A stretch of 64,000 nt of DNA from Clostridia bacterium. GTDB taxonomy: Bacteria; Bacillota; DSM-521; Neomoorellales; Neomoorellaceae. A program made the position numbers and the translations under genes. The notes beneath the pieces are model-generated. The model had not been told where the DNA came from. It worked only from the letters and a program-made list of their open reading frames with translations, and ran no database searches. This document shows, in pieces, positions 44,809-54,157 of the stretch; position 1 is the first letter of the stretch; each line of letters begins with the position of its first letter. The DNA lies in assembly GCA_030445865.1 (NCBI GenBank), contig JASUSV010000004.1:10061-74060 (forward strand). The letters are read 5' to 3'.

Positions 44809-46023
44809 ATGGGCCGGATGCTGGAAAATCATACTAAGACTTTGCTTTATGAAAACGGCCTAGCGGTGCCACAGTTTAAAGTAGCCGCCTCGGTTGATGA
44901 GGTGCGGCAGGCGGCGGATGAACTGGGCGGTAAGGTTGTGCTTAAAGCCTTGGTGCCGGTAGGCAAGAAGGGCAAGGCCGGAGCGGTGAAATTTGCCGAC
45001 GGCGCGGAAGAAGCCGGCGAGGCGGCCGCCGGGCTTCTGGGAACGACCGTCCGCTTCTTCCCGGTAGAAAAAATCCTGGTAGAACAGAAGCTGGAAATCG
45101 AGCAGGAACTCTTTGTTTCCATCACTCTAGACAAAATGCGCCGCTGCCCGGTGGTGCTGGCTAGCACTGCCGGCGGTATGGATGTGGAAGAAATAGCGGC
45201 GCAGTACCCAGAAAAGATGCGGGTTATCCCCCTGGACCCTTTTGAGGGCCTGCCGGAATATAAGTGTCGGGAGATCTGGACCGAACTGGGTCTGAGCGGA
45301 GGGTTGCTGCGCGAGGCCGCTTCCTACCTCTACCGCCTTTACCAGGTATTTGCCCGCTACGAAGCGACCGTTTTAGAAATCAATCCCCTGGCGGTAACCC
45401 CCGAAGGCAAGGTGGTAGCGGCCGGGGCGTTGATGGCCGTAGACGATGCCGCCGTCTTCCGCCACCCCGAACTCAAGGACTACGTACAGCTGGGCAGCGA
45501 ACGCGCCTGGCGACCTCTGACAGAACTGGAAAAAGAGGTAGTGGCGGTCAACGAAGCTGACCCCTACCGTGGGACGGCCAGGTACACTGAAATGGAAGAC
45601 GGGGATATCGGCTTTATGTGCGGGGGTGGAGGAGGGAGCCTCATGGTTTTCGATACCCTCCTATCCTACGGCGGCAGGCCGGCCAATTATACCGAATTCG
45701 GCGGTAACCCGCCGGAGCGTAAGGTTTTCGGCCTGGTTAAGACCATCCTTTCCAAGCCGGGTGTTAAAGGGCTGCTGGTGGACGCCAATATTACCAACAA
45801 TACCCAGGTCGACCTGGTGGCCCAGGGGATCGTGCGCGCTTTGAAAGAAAAGGGTATTGACCCGCGGAAATTTCCGGTAGTAGTACGGCTGGCCGGGGTC
45901 AATGACGCCGAAGGCCGCAGGATTTTGGCTGAAGCCGGAGTGGAATATTACGGCGAGGAAATGAGCATGTCCCAGGCGGCCCGGCGCATGGTGGAGAAGA
46001 TGCGGGAAGCTTACGGCGGTTAA
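44809..46023 (+). CDS. ATP-grasp beta subunit of an acyl-CoA ligase of the succinyl-CoA synthetase/ATP-citrate lyase superfamily
   Basis: It has a SucC-like N-terminal ATP-grasp domain. The CoA-ligase part reads DIGFMCGGGGGSLMVFDT..ANYTEFGGNP, which looks closer to ACL/citryl-CoA synthetase-type than to canonical SucC. That comparison is from memory. Confidence 0.75.
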   Translation: MGRMLENHTKTLLYENGLAVPQFKVAASVDEVRQAADELGGKVVLKALVPVGKKGKAGAVKFADGAEEAGEAAAGLLGTTVRFFPVEKILVEQKLEIEQELFVSITLDKMRRCPVVLASTAGGMDVEEIAAQYPEKMRVIPLDPFEGLPEYKCREIWTELGLSGGLLREAASYLYRLYQVFARYEATVLEINPLAVTPEGKVVAAGALMAVDDAAVFRHPELKDYVQLGSERAWRPLTELEKEVVAVNEADPYRGTARYTEMEDGDIGFMCGGGGGSLMVFDTLLSYGGRPANYTEFGGNPPERKVFGLVKTILSKPGVKGLLVDANITNNTQVDLVAQGIVRALKEKGIDPRKFPVVVRLAGVNDAEGRRILAEAGVEYYGEEMSMSQAARRMVEKMREAYGG

Positions 46024-46051
46024 AAACTTTCCTAGCGAGGAGGTCCAAAAA

Positions 46052-46957
46052 TTGGGCATTTTAATTGACGCCGGCACCAGAATTTTAATCCAGGGTATTA
46101 CCGGTCGCGAGGCTTCTATGGTCACCAGGCACATGCTGGACTACGGCACGCCGGTAGCTGCCGGCGTTACGCCGGGTAAAGGCGGTACGGAGGTGCACGG
46201 CGTCCCGGTCTACGATACCGTTAGGCAGGCCTGCCGGGAGCACGAAATAAACGCCGCCTTGATTTACGTTCCACCGGCTTTTGTTTATGATGCCGTGCTG
46301 GAAGCAGTGGCCAACGGCATTAACCTCATTGTGATCATTACCGAAAATATCCCTCAGCACGACGTGATGAAACTGCTGGCGGCTACCAAGAAGGCTGGGG
46401 CCAGAGTTATCGGCCCCAACACCACGGGTATCATCAATCCCAGGGCGAGGATGAAGATGGGCGCCATCGGCGGCGATAACGTAGAGCGCTGTTTCGTACC
46501 CGGCTGCGTGGGCGTAATCTCCCGGAGCGGCGGTATGACGGCGGAGACGGCCCACATGGTGAAACGGGCCGGGCTGGGGGTGAGCACGGCCATCGCCATC
46601 GGCGGTGACCCCATGATCGGCAGCCCGCCCAGGGAACTTTTGGAACTTTTTGAACAAGATCCCGAAACGCAGGCCGTGGTCATGTTCGGCGAACCGGGCA
46701 CCACTTTTGAGGAAGATGTGGCCGAACTGTTGGCCGCCAAAGGTTTTACCAAGCCGCTGATCGCCTATATAGCCGGCCGCTTTACCGAAGATATGCCGGA
46801 AGGTACGGTCTTCGGCCATGCCGGAGCCATTATCGAGGGAGGCAAGGGTAAACCTTCGACCAAGATGCGGCTTCTGCGTGAAGCCGGCGCCTATGTGGCC
46901 GAGCGGTATGACGACATAGTCGATTACTTGAAACAACTGGATTTACCCCAGAATTAA
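46052..46957 (+). CDS. Alpha subunit (CoA-binding, SucD-like) of the same ligase
   Basis: RILIQGITGREASMVTRHMLDYGT..GVTPGKGG is present, with the phosphohistidine loop region FGHAGAII. Confidence 0.82.
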   Translation: MGILIDAGTRILIQGITGREASMVTRHMLDYGTPVAAGVTPGKGGTEVHGVPVYDTVRQACREHEINAALIYVPPAFVYDAVLEAVANGINLIVIITENIPQHDVMKLLAATKKAGARVIGPNTTGIINPRARMKMGAIGGDNVERCFVPGCVGVISRSGGMTAETAHMVKRAGLGVSTAIAIGGDPMIGSPPRELLELFEQDPETQAVVMFGEPGTTFEEDVAELLAAKGFTKPLIAYIAGRFTEDMPEGTVFGHAGAIIEGGKGKPSTKMRLLREAGAYVAERYDDIVDYLKQLDLPQN

Positions 46958-47045
46958 CGTTCCCTGGTTTTGTCAGCGTGAATAACGGCGGGGCCAAAAA
47001 TTATTAGCCAGGTTGAGCGGTATCTCTTCTGGAGGAACAAATGCC

Positions 47046-47657
47046 ATGTGGTATTACCGCAGCTTTTTCTGGCGCAAATTGCATTCCTTAACAGGAGTCA
47101 TCCCGGTGGGCTTATTTTTGCTCGAACATTTTACTGTTAACTCCTTTGCCACCCGTGGCCCGGAGGCCTACAACCGCGCCGTAGCCTTTTTGCAGGGCCT
47201 ACCCTTCCTTCTGGCCATTGAAATTGTCTTTATCTTTTTGCCCCTGGCCCTGCACGCCGGGTACGGCCTGTGGGTTGTCTATACCGGCAGTATAAATGTG
47301 CGTAGCTACCCCTATTTTCGCAACTGGATGTACCTTTTACAGCGGGTTACAGGGGTTATCGTGCTGTTATTTTTGATCTATCACATCTACGCACTCCGTT
47401 TGGCAAGGATTTTTACCGGAGCGGAAGTTTCCTTTGAGCAGGTGGCTGCTCACCTGGCCAGTCCCCTTGTCCTGGCCCTCTATGTCCCGGGTTTGCTGGC
47501 GGCGATTTTTCACCTGAGCAATGGCCTGGTGACCTGGGCCATCGGCTGGGGTATTATCACCGGGCCTAAAGCCCAGACCGGCGCTAGCATTTTCGGGGGC
47601 ATAATCTTTTGCGCCCTCACTGTTGTAGGCTTTAGTTTCCTTCTGGCTTTCATTTGA
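47046..47657 (+). CDS. sdhC: Succinate dehydrogenase/fumarate reductase cytochrome b subunit (Bacillus 5-TM type)
   Basis: It is a polytopic protein with conserved His residues, sits immediately upstream of sdhA and sdhB, and starts at the ATG at 47046 (MWYYRSFFWRKLHSLTG). Confidence 0.82.
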   Translation: MWYYRSFFWRKLHSLTGVIPVGLFLLEHFTVNSFATRGPEAYNRAVAFLQGLPFLLAIEIVFIFLPLALHAGYGLWVVYTGSINVRSYPYFRNWMYLLQRVTGVIVLLFLIYHIYALRLARIFTGAEVSFEQVAAHLASPLVLALYVPGLLAAIFHLSNGLVTWAIGWGIITGPKAQTGASIFGGIIFCALTVVGFSFLLAFI

Positions 47658-47676
47658 CAGGAGAGGGGATCTAGTC

Positions 47677-49410
47677 ATGGCAAAGCCTAAAATAGTGGTT
47701 ATCGGTGGCGGTTTGGCGGGGTTGATGGCTACCCTCAAGGCAGCGGAAGAAGGGGCGGAGGTAGAAGTATATTCCCTGGTGCCGCCCAAGCGTTCTCATT
47801 CGGCTACGGCGCAGGGGGGAATAAATGGAGCTATAGATACTAAGGGCGAGGGCGACAGCCCGCAAAAACATTTTGAAGAAACCATATACGGCGGCGATTT
47901 TTTGGCCAACCAGCCGCCGGTGAAAAATTTTTGCGAGGCCGCTCCGGGAATCATCTACATGTTCGACCGTATGGGCGTGATGTTCAACCGTACGCCGGAG
48001 GGCCTTATCGACCTGCGCCGGGCAGGAGGTACCAAGTACAGCCGGGTGGCCTTCGCCGGCGGCACCACCGGTCAACAGATGATGTACGCCTTGGATGAGC
48101 AGGTGCGCAAGTTAGAAGCCGAAGGAGGAGTTAGGGTCTACTTTCCCTGGGAGTTCTTGAGCGCGGTTATCGACGACGGCGGCATCTGCCGCGGAGTGGT
48201 GGTCCAGGATTTGATAAGCATGGAGATCCATGCGGTGCGTGCTGACGCGGTTATTATCGCTACCGGCGGGATAGGGTATCTCTTCGGGCGCAGCACCAAC
48301 GGGATAATGAACACGGGCAGCGCCCAGAGCGCCCTTTACCAGCAGGGGGCTTGCTATGCCAACGGCGAGTTTATCCAGATCCATCCTACGGCCATACCCG
48401 GCGAAGACAAATGCCGTTTAATGTCCGAAACCTGCCGCGGCGAAGGCGGCCGGATATGGGTTTACAAAGACGGTAAACCATGGTATTTCCTGGAAGAATG
48501 GTACCCCAAATACGGCAACCTGGTGCCGCGGGATATCGCTACGCGGGCCATCTTTAAAGTTTGCGTCGAGATGGGGCTGGGCATCGACGGCCAAAACAAG
48601 GTTTACCTGGATCTTTCCCATATCGATCCCAAGCATCTGGAGCGGAGGTTGAGCGGCATCCTGGACATATACGAAATCTTCGTAGGCGAAGACCCGCGCA
48701 AAGTGCCCATGCAGATCTTTCCGGCAGTCCATTTCACCATGGGCGGCCTGTGGGTGGACTACAACCACATGACCAATATCCCCGGCCTTTTCGCTGCCGG
48801 CGAGTGCGAGTACCAGTACCACGGCGCCAACCGGCTGGGAGGTAATGGGATGCCGGCCTGCACCTACGCCGGGGGCGTAGCAGGGCAGAAGGCGGTGGAG
48901 TACGCCCGCGGCCGTCAGGAGAAAAGCCCTCCCAGACCCGAGCTTTTAGAAGCGGAAAAGAAACGGCAGGAAGAAATGGAGGCCAGAATCCGGAGCATGG
49001 AAGGGCCGGAAAATCCCTACCTTTTACACCAGGAACTGGGCGAGTGGATGAACAACAACGTCACCGTAGTGCGCTACAACGACCGCCTTAAAGAAACGGA
49101 TAATAAAATCCTGGAGCTTATGGACCGCTACCGCCGCATAGGTATTGCCGACAAGAGCGGCTGGAGCAACCAGGTCGTGCCCTTTACCCGGCGCCTCTGG
49201 CATATGCTCCAGTTGGCTAGGGTGATCACTATAGGCGCGCTTCTGCGTAACGAAAGCCGGGGCGCTCACTATAAACCCGAATTTCCGGAGCGCGACGACG
49301 TAAATTGGTTGAAAACTACTAAGGCTTATTTTACCCCTGACGGCCCTCGCTTTGAGTACGAGCCGGTGGATACTTCCTTGCTTGAGCCGCGTCCCCGGCG
49401 CTACGACTAG
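47677..49410 (+). CDS. sdhA: Succinate dehydrogenase/fumarate reductase flavoprotein subunit
   Basis: The FAD fold VVIGGGLAGLMA and the covalent FAD His region RSHSATAQGGING are present; the length is 577 aa. Confidence 0.92.
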   Translation: MAKPKIVVIGGGLAGLMATLKAAEEGAEVEVYSLVPPKRSHSATAQGGINGAIDTKGEGDSPQKHFEETIYGGDFLANQPPVKNFCEAAPGIIYMFDRMGVMFNRTPEGLIDLRRAGGTKYSRVAFAGGTTGQQMMYALDEQVRKLEAEGGVRVYFPWEFLSAVIDDGGICRGVVVQDLISMEIHAVRADAVIIATGGIGYLFGRSTNGIMNTGSAQSALYQQGACYANGEFIQIHPTAIPGEDKCRLMSETCRGEGGRIWVYKDGKPWYFLEEWYPKYGNLVPRDIATRAIFKVCVEMGLGIDGQNKVYLDLSHIDPKHLERRLSGILDIYEIFVGEDPRKVPMQIFPAVHFTMGGLWVDYNHMTNIPGLFAAGECEYQYHGANRLGGNGMPACTYAGGVAGQKAVEYARGRQEKSPPRPELLEAEKKRQEEMEARIRSMEGPENPYLLHQELGEWMNNNVTVVRYNDRLKETDNKILELMDRYRRIGIADKSGWSNQVVPFTRRLWHMLQLARVITIGALLRNESRGAHYKPEFPERDDVNWLKTTKAYFTPDGPRFEYEPVDTSLLEPRPRRYD

Positions 49411-49412
49411 GG

Positions 49413-50168
49413 GTGGTATTAGTGCCGGAAAAGATTCACCTAAAAATCAAGCGCCAGGACGGCCCGGATAAACCAGGTTACTGGGAGGAGTTTGTCATCC
49501 CCTACCGCCCTCGCCTTAACGTCATCGCCTGCCTGATGGATATTCAGAAAAATCCGGTCAACGCTGCTGGAAAAAAGACGACGCCGGTGGTATGGGAGTG
49601 CAATTGCCTGGAAGAAGTGTGCGGCGCCTGCACTATGGTCATCAACGGCAAAGCCCGCCAGGCCTGCACGGCACTTATCGACAAGCTGGAACAGCCGATT
49701 ATTCTGGAGCCCCTCAGCAAGTTCCCGGTAATCCGGGACCTTATGGTCGACCGCAAGGCCATGTTCGAGCATCTAAAACGCGTGCGGGCCTGGATCGACA
49801 TCGACGGCACCTACAATATCGGTCCCGGGCCGCGTATTTCCGAGAAGGTACGCGAATGGGCTTACGAGCTCAGCCGCTGCATGACCTGCGGTTGCTGCAT
49901 GGAAGCCTGCCCCCAGGTCAATCCCAGGTCCGGCTTTATCGGCCCGACGGCCATAGCCCAGGTAAGGCGCTTCAATGCCCACCCCACCGGGGCTGGGGAG
50001 CGCGAGGCCAGGCTGGAGGCCTTAATGGGCCCGGGCGGCATTGCCGAGTGCGGCAACGCCCAGAACTGCGAGAAGGCCTGCCCTAAAGGCCTGCCGCTTA
50101 TTAAATCGCTGGCCGAACTCCATCAAGAAACGACCCTGCACGGCGTTTTTGGCTGGCTCAAACGCTAG
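49413..50168 (+). CDS. sdhB: Succinate dehydrogenase/fumarate reductase iron-sulfur subunit
   Basis: Cys clusters CNCLEEVCGAC, CMTCGCCMEAC and CGNAQNCEKACP are present. Confidence 0.9.
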   Translation: MVLVPEKIHLKIKRQDGPDKPGYWEEFVIPYRPRLNVIACLMDIQKNPVNAAGKKTTPVVWECNCLEEVCGACTMVINGKARQACTALIDKLEQPIILEPLSKFPVIRDLMVDRKAMFEHLKRVRAWIDIDGTYNIGPGPRISEKVREWAYELSRCMTCGCCMEACPQVNPRSGFIGPTAIAQVRRFNAHPTGAGEREARLEALMGPGGIAECGNAQNCEKACPKGLPLIKSLAELHQETTLHGVFGWLKR

Positions 50169-50198
50169 CAAGAAAGTACTAGAAAGAAGGTAATCGCC

Positions 50199-51107
50199 TT
50201 GGCTATTAGCGAGCAATTAATCCAGGCGACGGCAGAAAAACTTCTCACCTACGCCTCCATCGACCTTCCGGCCGACGTTAAAAGAGCTTTAAACGAGGCC
50301 TATTCGAAAGAAGAAGACCCGGCTGCCCGGAGCCAGATGGAAGCCATATTTAAAAATATCGAACTTGCCCACCAGAAGCGGGTAGGCCTCTGCCAGGACA
50401 CCGGTGTTCCCTTGTTTTTCTTGAAACTCGGCTTAAGATGCCAGATAACCGGCGACCCGGAAAGGGCCCTAACCAGGGCTGTAGAAAAGGCAACGCGAGA
50501 AGTTCCTTTGCGCCAGAACGTCATCCACCCTTTAACTAAAAAGAACTCCGGCACTAACACCGGCTGGGGTATCCCCTACTGCCACTGGGAGGTAGTGCCC
50601 GATCAGGACTACCTGGAAATAACGGCTGTTCCTAAAGGCTTCGGCTCGGAGATGCGGGCCGCCATTAGCTGGGTGCTCACCAGCGAAGAAGTAGACCGGG
50701 CGGTAGTCAAAGCCGTCCTCGATATAGTCGAAGACGCCATGGGCGAGCCCTGCCCGCCGGTGATCATAGGTATAGGTATCGGCGGCTTTGCCGACAGCTC
50801 TATGCTTAATGCCAAAAAAGCCCTTTTCAGAAACCCTATCGGCTCCCATCACCCGGACCCCAAGGTTGCGACCCTGGAAGAAGAGATCTACCGGGCCGTA
50901 AACAGCTTGGGATTAGGCCCCATAGGGCTGGGAGGCAAAACCTATTGCTTGGGCGTGCATATCGAAATTAACGGCTCCCATACCGCCGTCATTCCCATAA
51001 GCGTAATCTACCAGTGCTGGGCCTGCCGCTACTCCACCGCCCGCATCTACAACGACGGCAGGGTCGCCTACCTCACCCACGGCGAAGGGGATGAACAACA
51101 TGGCTAA
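50199..51107 (+). CDS. fumA: Class I Fe-S hydro-lyase alpha subunit (fumarate hydratase/tartrate dehydratase type)
   Basis: GLCQDTGVPLFF and the rest of the family-typical N-terminal domain are present. Confidence 0.85.
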   Translation: MAISEQLIQATAEKLLTYASIDLPADVKRALNEAYSKEEDPAARSQMEAIFKNIELAHQKRVGLCQDTGVPLFFLKLGLRCQITGDPERALTRAVEKATREVPLRQNVIHPLTKKNSGTNTGWGIPYCHWEVVPDQDYLEITAVPKGFGSEMRAAISWVLTSEEVDRAVVKAVLDIVEDAMGEPCPPVIIGIGIGGFADSSMLNAKKALFRNPIGSHHPDPKVATLEEEIYRAVNSLGLGPIGLGGKTYCLGVHIEINGSHTAVIPISVIYQCWACRYSTARIYNDGRVAYLTHGEGDEQHG

Positions 51108-51759
51108 AGAATACCGCTTCACGTTACCCGCAGAAGAACAGGAAGTGCGCCGGCTAAAAATAGGCGACATCGTGTACCTCACCGGCACCTGCTACACCAT
51201 GCGCGATATGGGCCACCGCCGGTCTATCGAAATTCTCCAGCAAGAAGAAGCTCTGCCCTTTAACCTGGCCAAAGGCGCCCTCTGGCACTGCGGCCCCATC
51301 GTGAAAAAAGAGGGGGAAAGCTGGCAGGTAGTTTCGGCAGGCTCTACCACCAGTTCCCGCTTCACACCGCTGGGAAGTGAATTGATCCGCCAGGTTAAAG
51401 TGCGCTTCACCATCGGTAAAGGCACCATGGGCCCGGAAGCCGTGGCCGCCATGCAAGAAATAGGCGCCTGCTACCTGAACTCCATCGGCGGCTGCGCCGC
51501 CCTCTACGCCGAGCAGATAAAAGCCGTCAAAACCGTCTTCTGGACCGACCTGGGGCTTCCCGAAGCCATCTGGGTGCTGGAAGTCGAAAACTTGGGGCCC
51601 CTGGTGGTAGGCATCGACAGCCACGGCCAGAGCCTTTTTGAGAACATTAAAAAAGACATGCAAAAAGCCTTGCAGGAAATTTACGCAGCCAGCCGCCTAG
51701 AAAAAGGATATAGCTACACTTACCTTCCCAGGCGAGTGCCGGGGAAACTGGATAGATAA
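51100..51759 (+). CDS. fumB: Class I Fe-S hydro-lyase beta subunit
   Basis: The family-typical C-terminal domain (LTGTCYTMRDMGH..GKGTMG) is present and its start overlaps the alpha subunit stop. Confidence 0.85.
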   Translation: MAKEYRFTLPAEEQEVRRLKIGDIVYLTGTCYTMRDMGHRRSIEILQQEEALPFNLAKGALWHCGPIVKKEGESWQVVSAGSTTSSRFTPLGSELIRQVKVRFTIGKGTMGPEAVAAMQEIGACYLNSIGGCAALYAEQIKAVKTVFWTDLGLPEAIWVLEVENLGPLVVGIDSHGQSLFENIKKDMQKALQEIYAASRLEKGYSYTYLPRRVPGKLDR

Positions 51760-51763
51760 GCGC

Positions 51764-52180
51764 TTGATTGTTCTGGAGGAAAAAACAGTTATGGAAAATT
51801 TAAATTTAAAAGAATGCGCTGCCCGCATTATTGGGGAACGGGTTAGCATCAGGAAATATCAACCAGTCAAAGTAAAGCGCGAGGACCTGCTGCAGGTGTT
51901 AGAGGCGGGGCGTCGTGCCCCTTCGGGGGAAAACGCACAGCCCTGGCGCTTTATAGTTGTTGAAGATGAAATAACCAAGAAAAAGTTAGGGCGCATTGCC
52001 CGCCAGGGAAGCGGCCGGCGCTTTGTCGGGGAGTTTGTGGCGGGCATTTTAGAAGAGCGGTTTAAGACGGTCACCGACCCGCAGAAAAAGCAACAATTGT
52101 ACCGTAATCTCATGTCTGGCGATGTTTCTGCCTTTATCGCCGAGGCCTCTCTTTCTGACCATATGGGCAGGTTGATATAG
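51764..52180 (+). pseudogene. Nitroreductase-family gene, truncated; decayed remainder likely continues to about 52400 in other frames
   Basis: The N-terminal part is family-like (RVSIRKYQPVKV..RAPSGENAQPWRFIVV), but the ORF stops at 138 aa. Downstream frames contain nitroreductase-like fragments (VDIGAA..). Confidence 0.5.
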
Positions 52181-52497
52181 CAGGCGGCAGCATTTTTGGT
52201 TCAGATAGAGATAATGCCTGGGGAAGGGTAGATATTGGAGCGGCCAGAAAGGATATGGGCGCAAGTAGTGGCGGAAGAGCGAGGCAGTCGCTGAAATAGA
52301 AGGCAGTGGCCCCTGTATGCTGGGAACAGCGCAGATATTGTGGCTCAAGGGTTTTAGCGAATTTAATTCGGAAGTATCGAAGCAGGTTTAGAGGGGGTGG
52401 TCTTGCAGGAAAATAGTCAACACACCACGCGAATTGCCTGTCAAAGATTAGGATTTTTAAAGTTAAATAAATATAATTTTTAGGAAAGGAGATTACT

Positions 52498-53586
52498 ATG
52501 CTATTTTCGAAAATTAGGTTTCTAGTTCCAATAATTTTAATTTCTTTCTTGCTCGCTGCCTGCGGTGGCGGCGGCGGGCAGAAGGGCCAGCCCCAGGCGG
52601 GCGGTAAGCCGGAAGAGAAAAAGCAGGAACAGGCGGCCAAAACTCAGCAGATCGTAGCCAAGTTCCCTCATGTTGTCGCCCCGGATACGCCCAAGGGGAA
52701 GGCGATTAGCCTCTTTGCCAAGCGGGTGGAAGAAAAGACCCAGGGGAAAATGAAGGTCGAAGTCTTCCCCTCTTCCCAGCTATACGGCGACGCCGAAGAA
52801 ATGGAGGCGTTGCTTGCCGGCAACTGCCATTTCATCGCCCCTTCTTCCACTAAAGTGGTGCAGTTGAACCCCAGCTTCCAGATTTTTGACGTGCCTTTCT
52901 TGTTCGATAGCGAGGAGGCGGTCAAGATCTTCTGGAACGATCCCAACGGCGGCCAGGCCATGCAAAAGAAACTGGAGCCAAAGGGCCTGATGGGCCTGGG
53001 CTTCCTGTGCAGCGGCTTTAAGCAACTTTTTAGTTCCAGGCGGCCTTTACTGACGCCGGAAGACTGCAAGGGGCTAAAATTCCGTGCGGCAGCAGGAGGC
53101 ATTCTTACCGAGCAGTTCCAGGCTTTAGGCGCTACCAGCGTTTCTATCCCGTTCGGCGAAGTTTATACTGCTCTGCAGCAGAAGACGGTAGACGGTTCGG
53201 AAAATAACCTGGCCAATATTTATACGCAGAAGTTTTATGAAGTTTGCCCTTATCTAACTATCACTAACCACGGCCGCTTCGATTACAGCATTATTACCAA
53301 TAAGAAATGGTTTGAAGGTCTGCCGGCGGACGTTCAAAACGCCGTTCGCGAGGCCGCCAGAGAAGCCCAGGAATTTTCCCAGCAGGAGCAGATCAGGCAA
53401 GACAATGAGTACTTAGAGAAAATTAAGCAGAGCGGGAAGGTGCAGGTTTTTGAACTTACTCCGGAACAGCGCGCGGCTTTCCGCAAGGCTGAAGAGGCCT
53501 ATTACCCCAAATGGGAAGAGCGCATCGGTAAGGATTTGTTTGACGCGGCCAGAGAAGCTAACGAGGCAGCCAAGCAGAAAAAATAA
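52498..53586 (+). CDS. dctP: TRAP transporter substrate-binding lipoprotein (DctP family)
   Basis: The lipobox LLAAC followed by a Gly-rich linker is present, together with a DctP-family body. Confidence 0.88.
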   Translation: MLFSKIRFLVPIILISFLLAACGGGGGQKGQPQAGGKPEEKKQEQAAKTQQIVAKFPHVVAPDTPKGKAISLFAKRVEEKTQGKMKVEVFPSSQLYGDAEEMEALLAGNCHFIAPSSTKVVQLNPSFQIFDVPFLFDSEEAVKIFWNDPNGGQAMQKKLEPKGLMGLGFLCSGFKQLFSSRRPLLTPEDCKGLKFRAAAGGILTEQFQALGATSVSIPFGEVYTALQQKTVDGSENNLANIYTQKFYEVCPYLTITNHGRFDYSIITNKKWFEGLPADVQNAVREAAREAQEFSQQEQIRQDNEYLEKIKQSGKVQVFELTPEQRAAFRKAEEAYYPKWEERIGKDLFDAAREANEAAKQKK

Positions 53587-53650
53587 AAAGGGGTATGGGG
53601 TGGGCAAAACCCACGCCCGCCCCCTTCATCCCAAAAGTTGAGGTGAAAAT

Positions 53651-54124
53651 ATGAACTGGCGGCAAATTTACGACCTGGTTGAAGATTATCTTACCGGTGT
53701 TCTTTTAATAACGGGCTTAGGTATCGTCCTAGCAGGAGTATTTATGCGTTACGTCCTTAACGCCCCGCTCTTTTGGGCTGACGAGATCGGCAATTATTTT
53801 GTCATCTGGGGGGCTCTGCTAGGGACGAGCGTGGCGTTGAGGGAAGATAAGCATATAAGGGTAAAGATTTTATATAACTTACTGCCGCTCAAGGCCCAGC
53901 GCTGGGTAAGCATCTTTTCCGAAGCTGTGGGGCTAGGTTTTTGCGTTTTCTTTACTATTGGCGGCTTCATCCTGGTCGGGAAATACTTGCAGATCGGCCA
54001 GGTATCCCTTAACAGCCAGACCCCTCTATGGATTCCTTATCTGATTGCCCCTATTACCGGAATGTTGTTTGGCTTGCGCTTTGCCGACAACTTGCTTCGC
54101 TTGTTATTTAGCAAACGTACTTAG
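53651..54124 (+). CDS. dctQ: TRAP transporter small permease (DctQ)
   Basis: It is a 157-aa four-TM protein located between dctP and dctM. Confidence 0.85.
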   Translation: MNWRQIYDLVEDYLTGVLLITGLGIVLAGVFMRYVLNAPLFWADEIGNYFVIWGALLGTSVALREDKHIRVKILYNLLPLKAQRWVSIFSEAVGLGFCVFFTIGGFILVGKYLQIGQVSLNSQTPLWIPYLIAPITGMLFGLRFADNLLRLLFSKRT

Positions 54125-54157
54125 ATTTATAAGGATGGCTAAAGGGGGCTAAAATAA

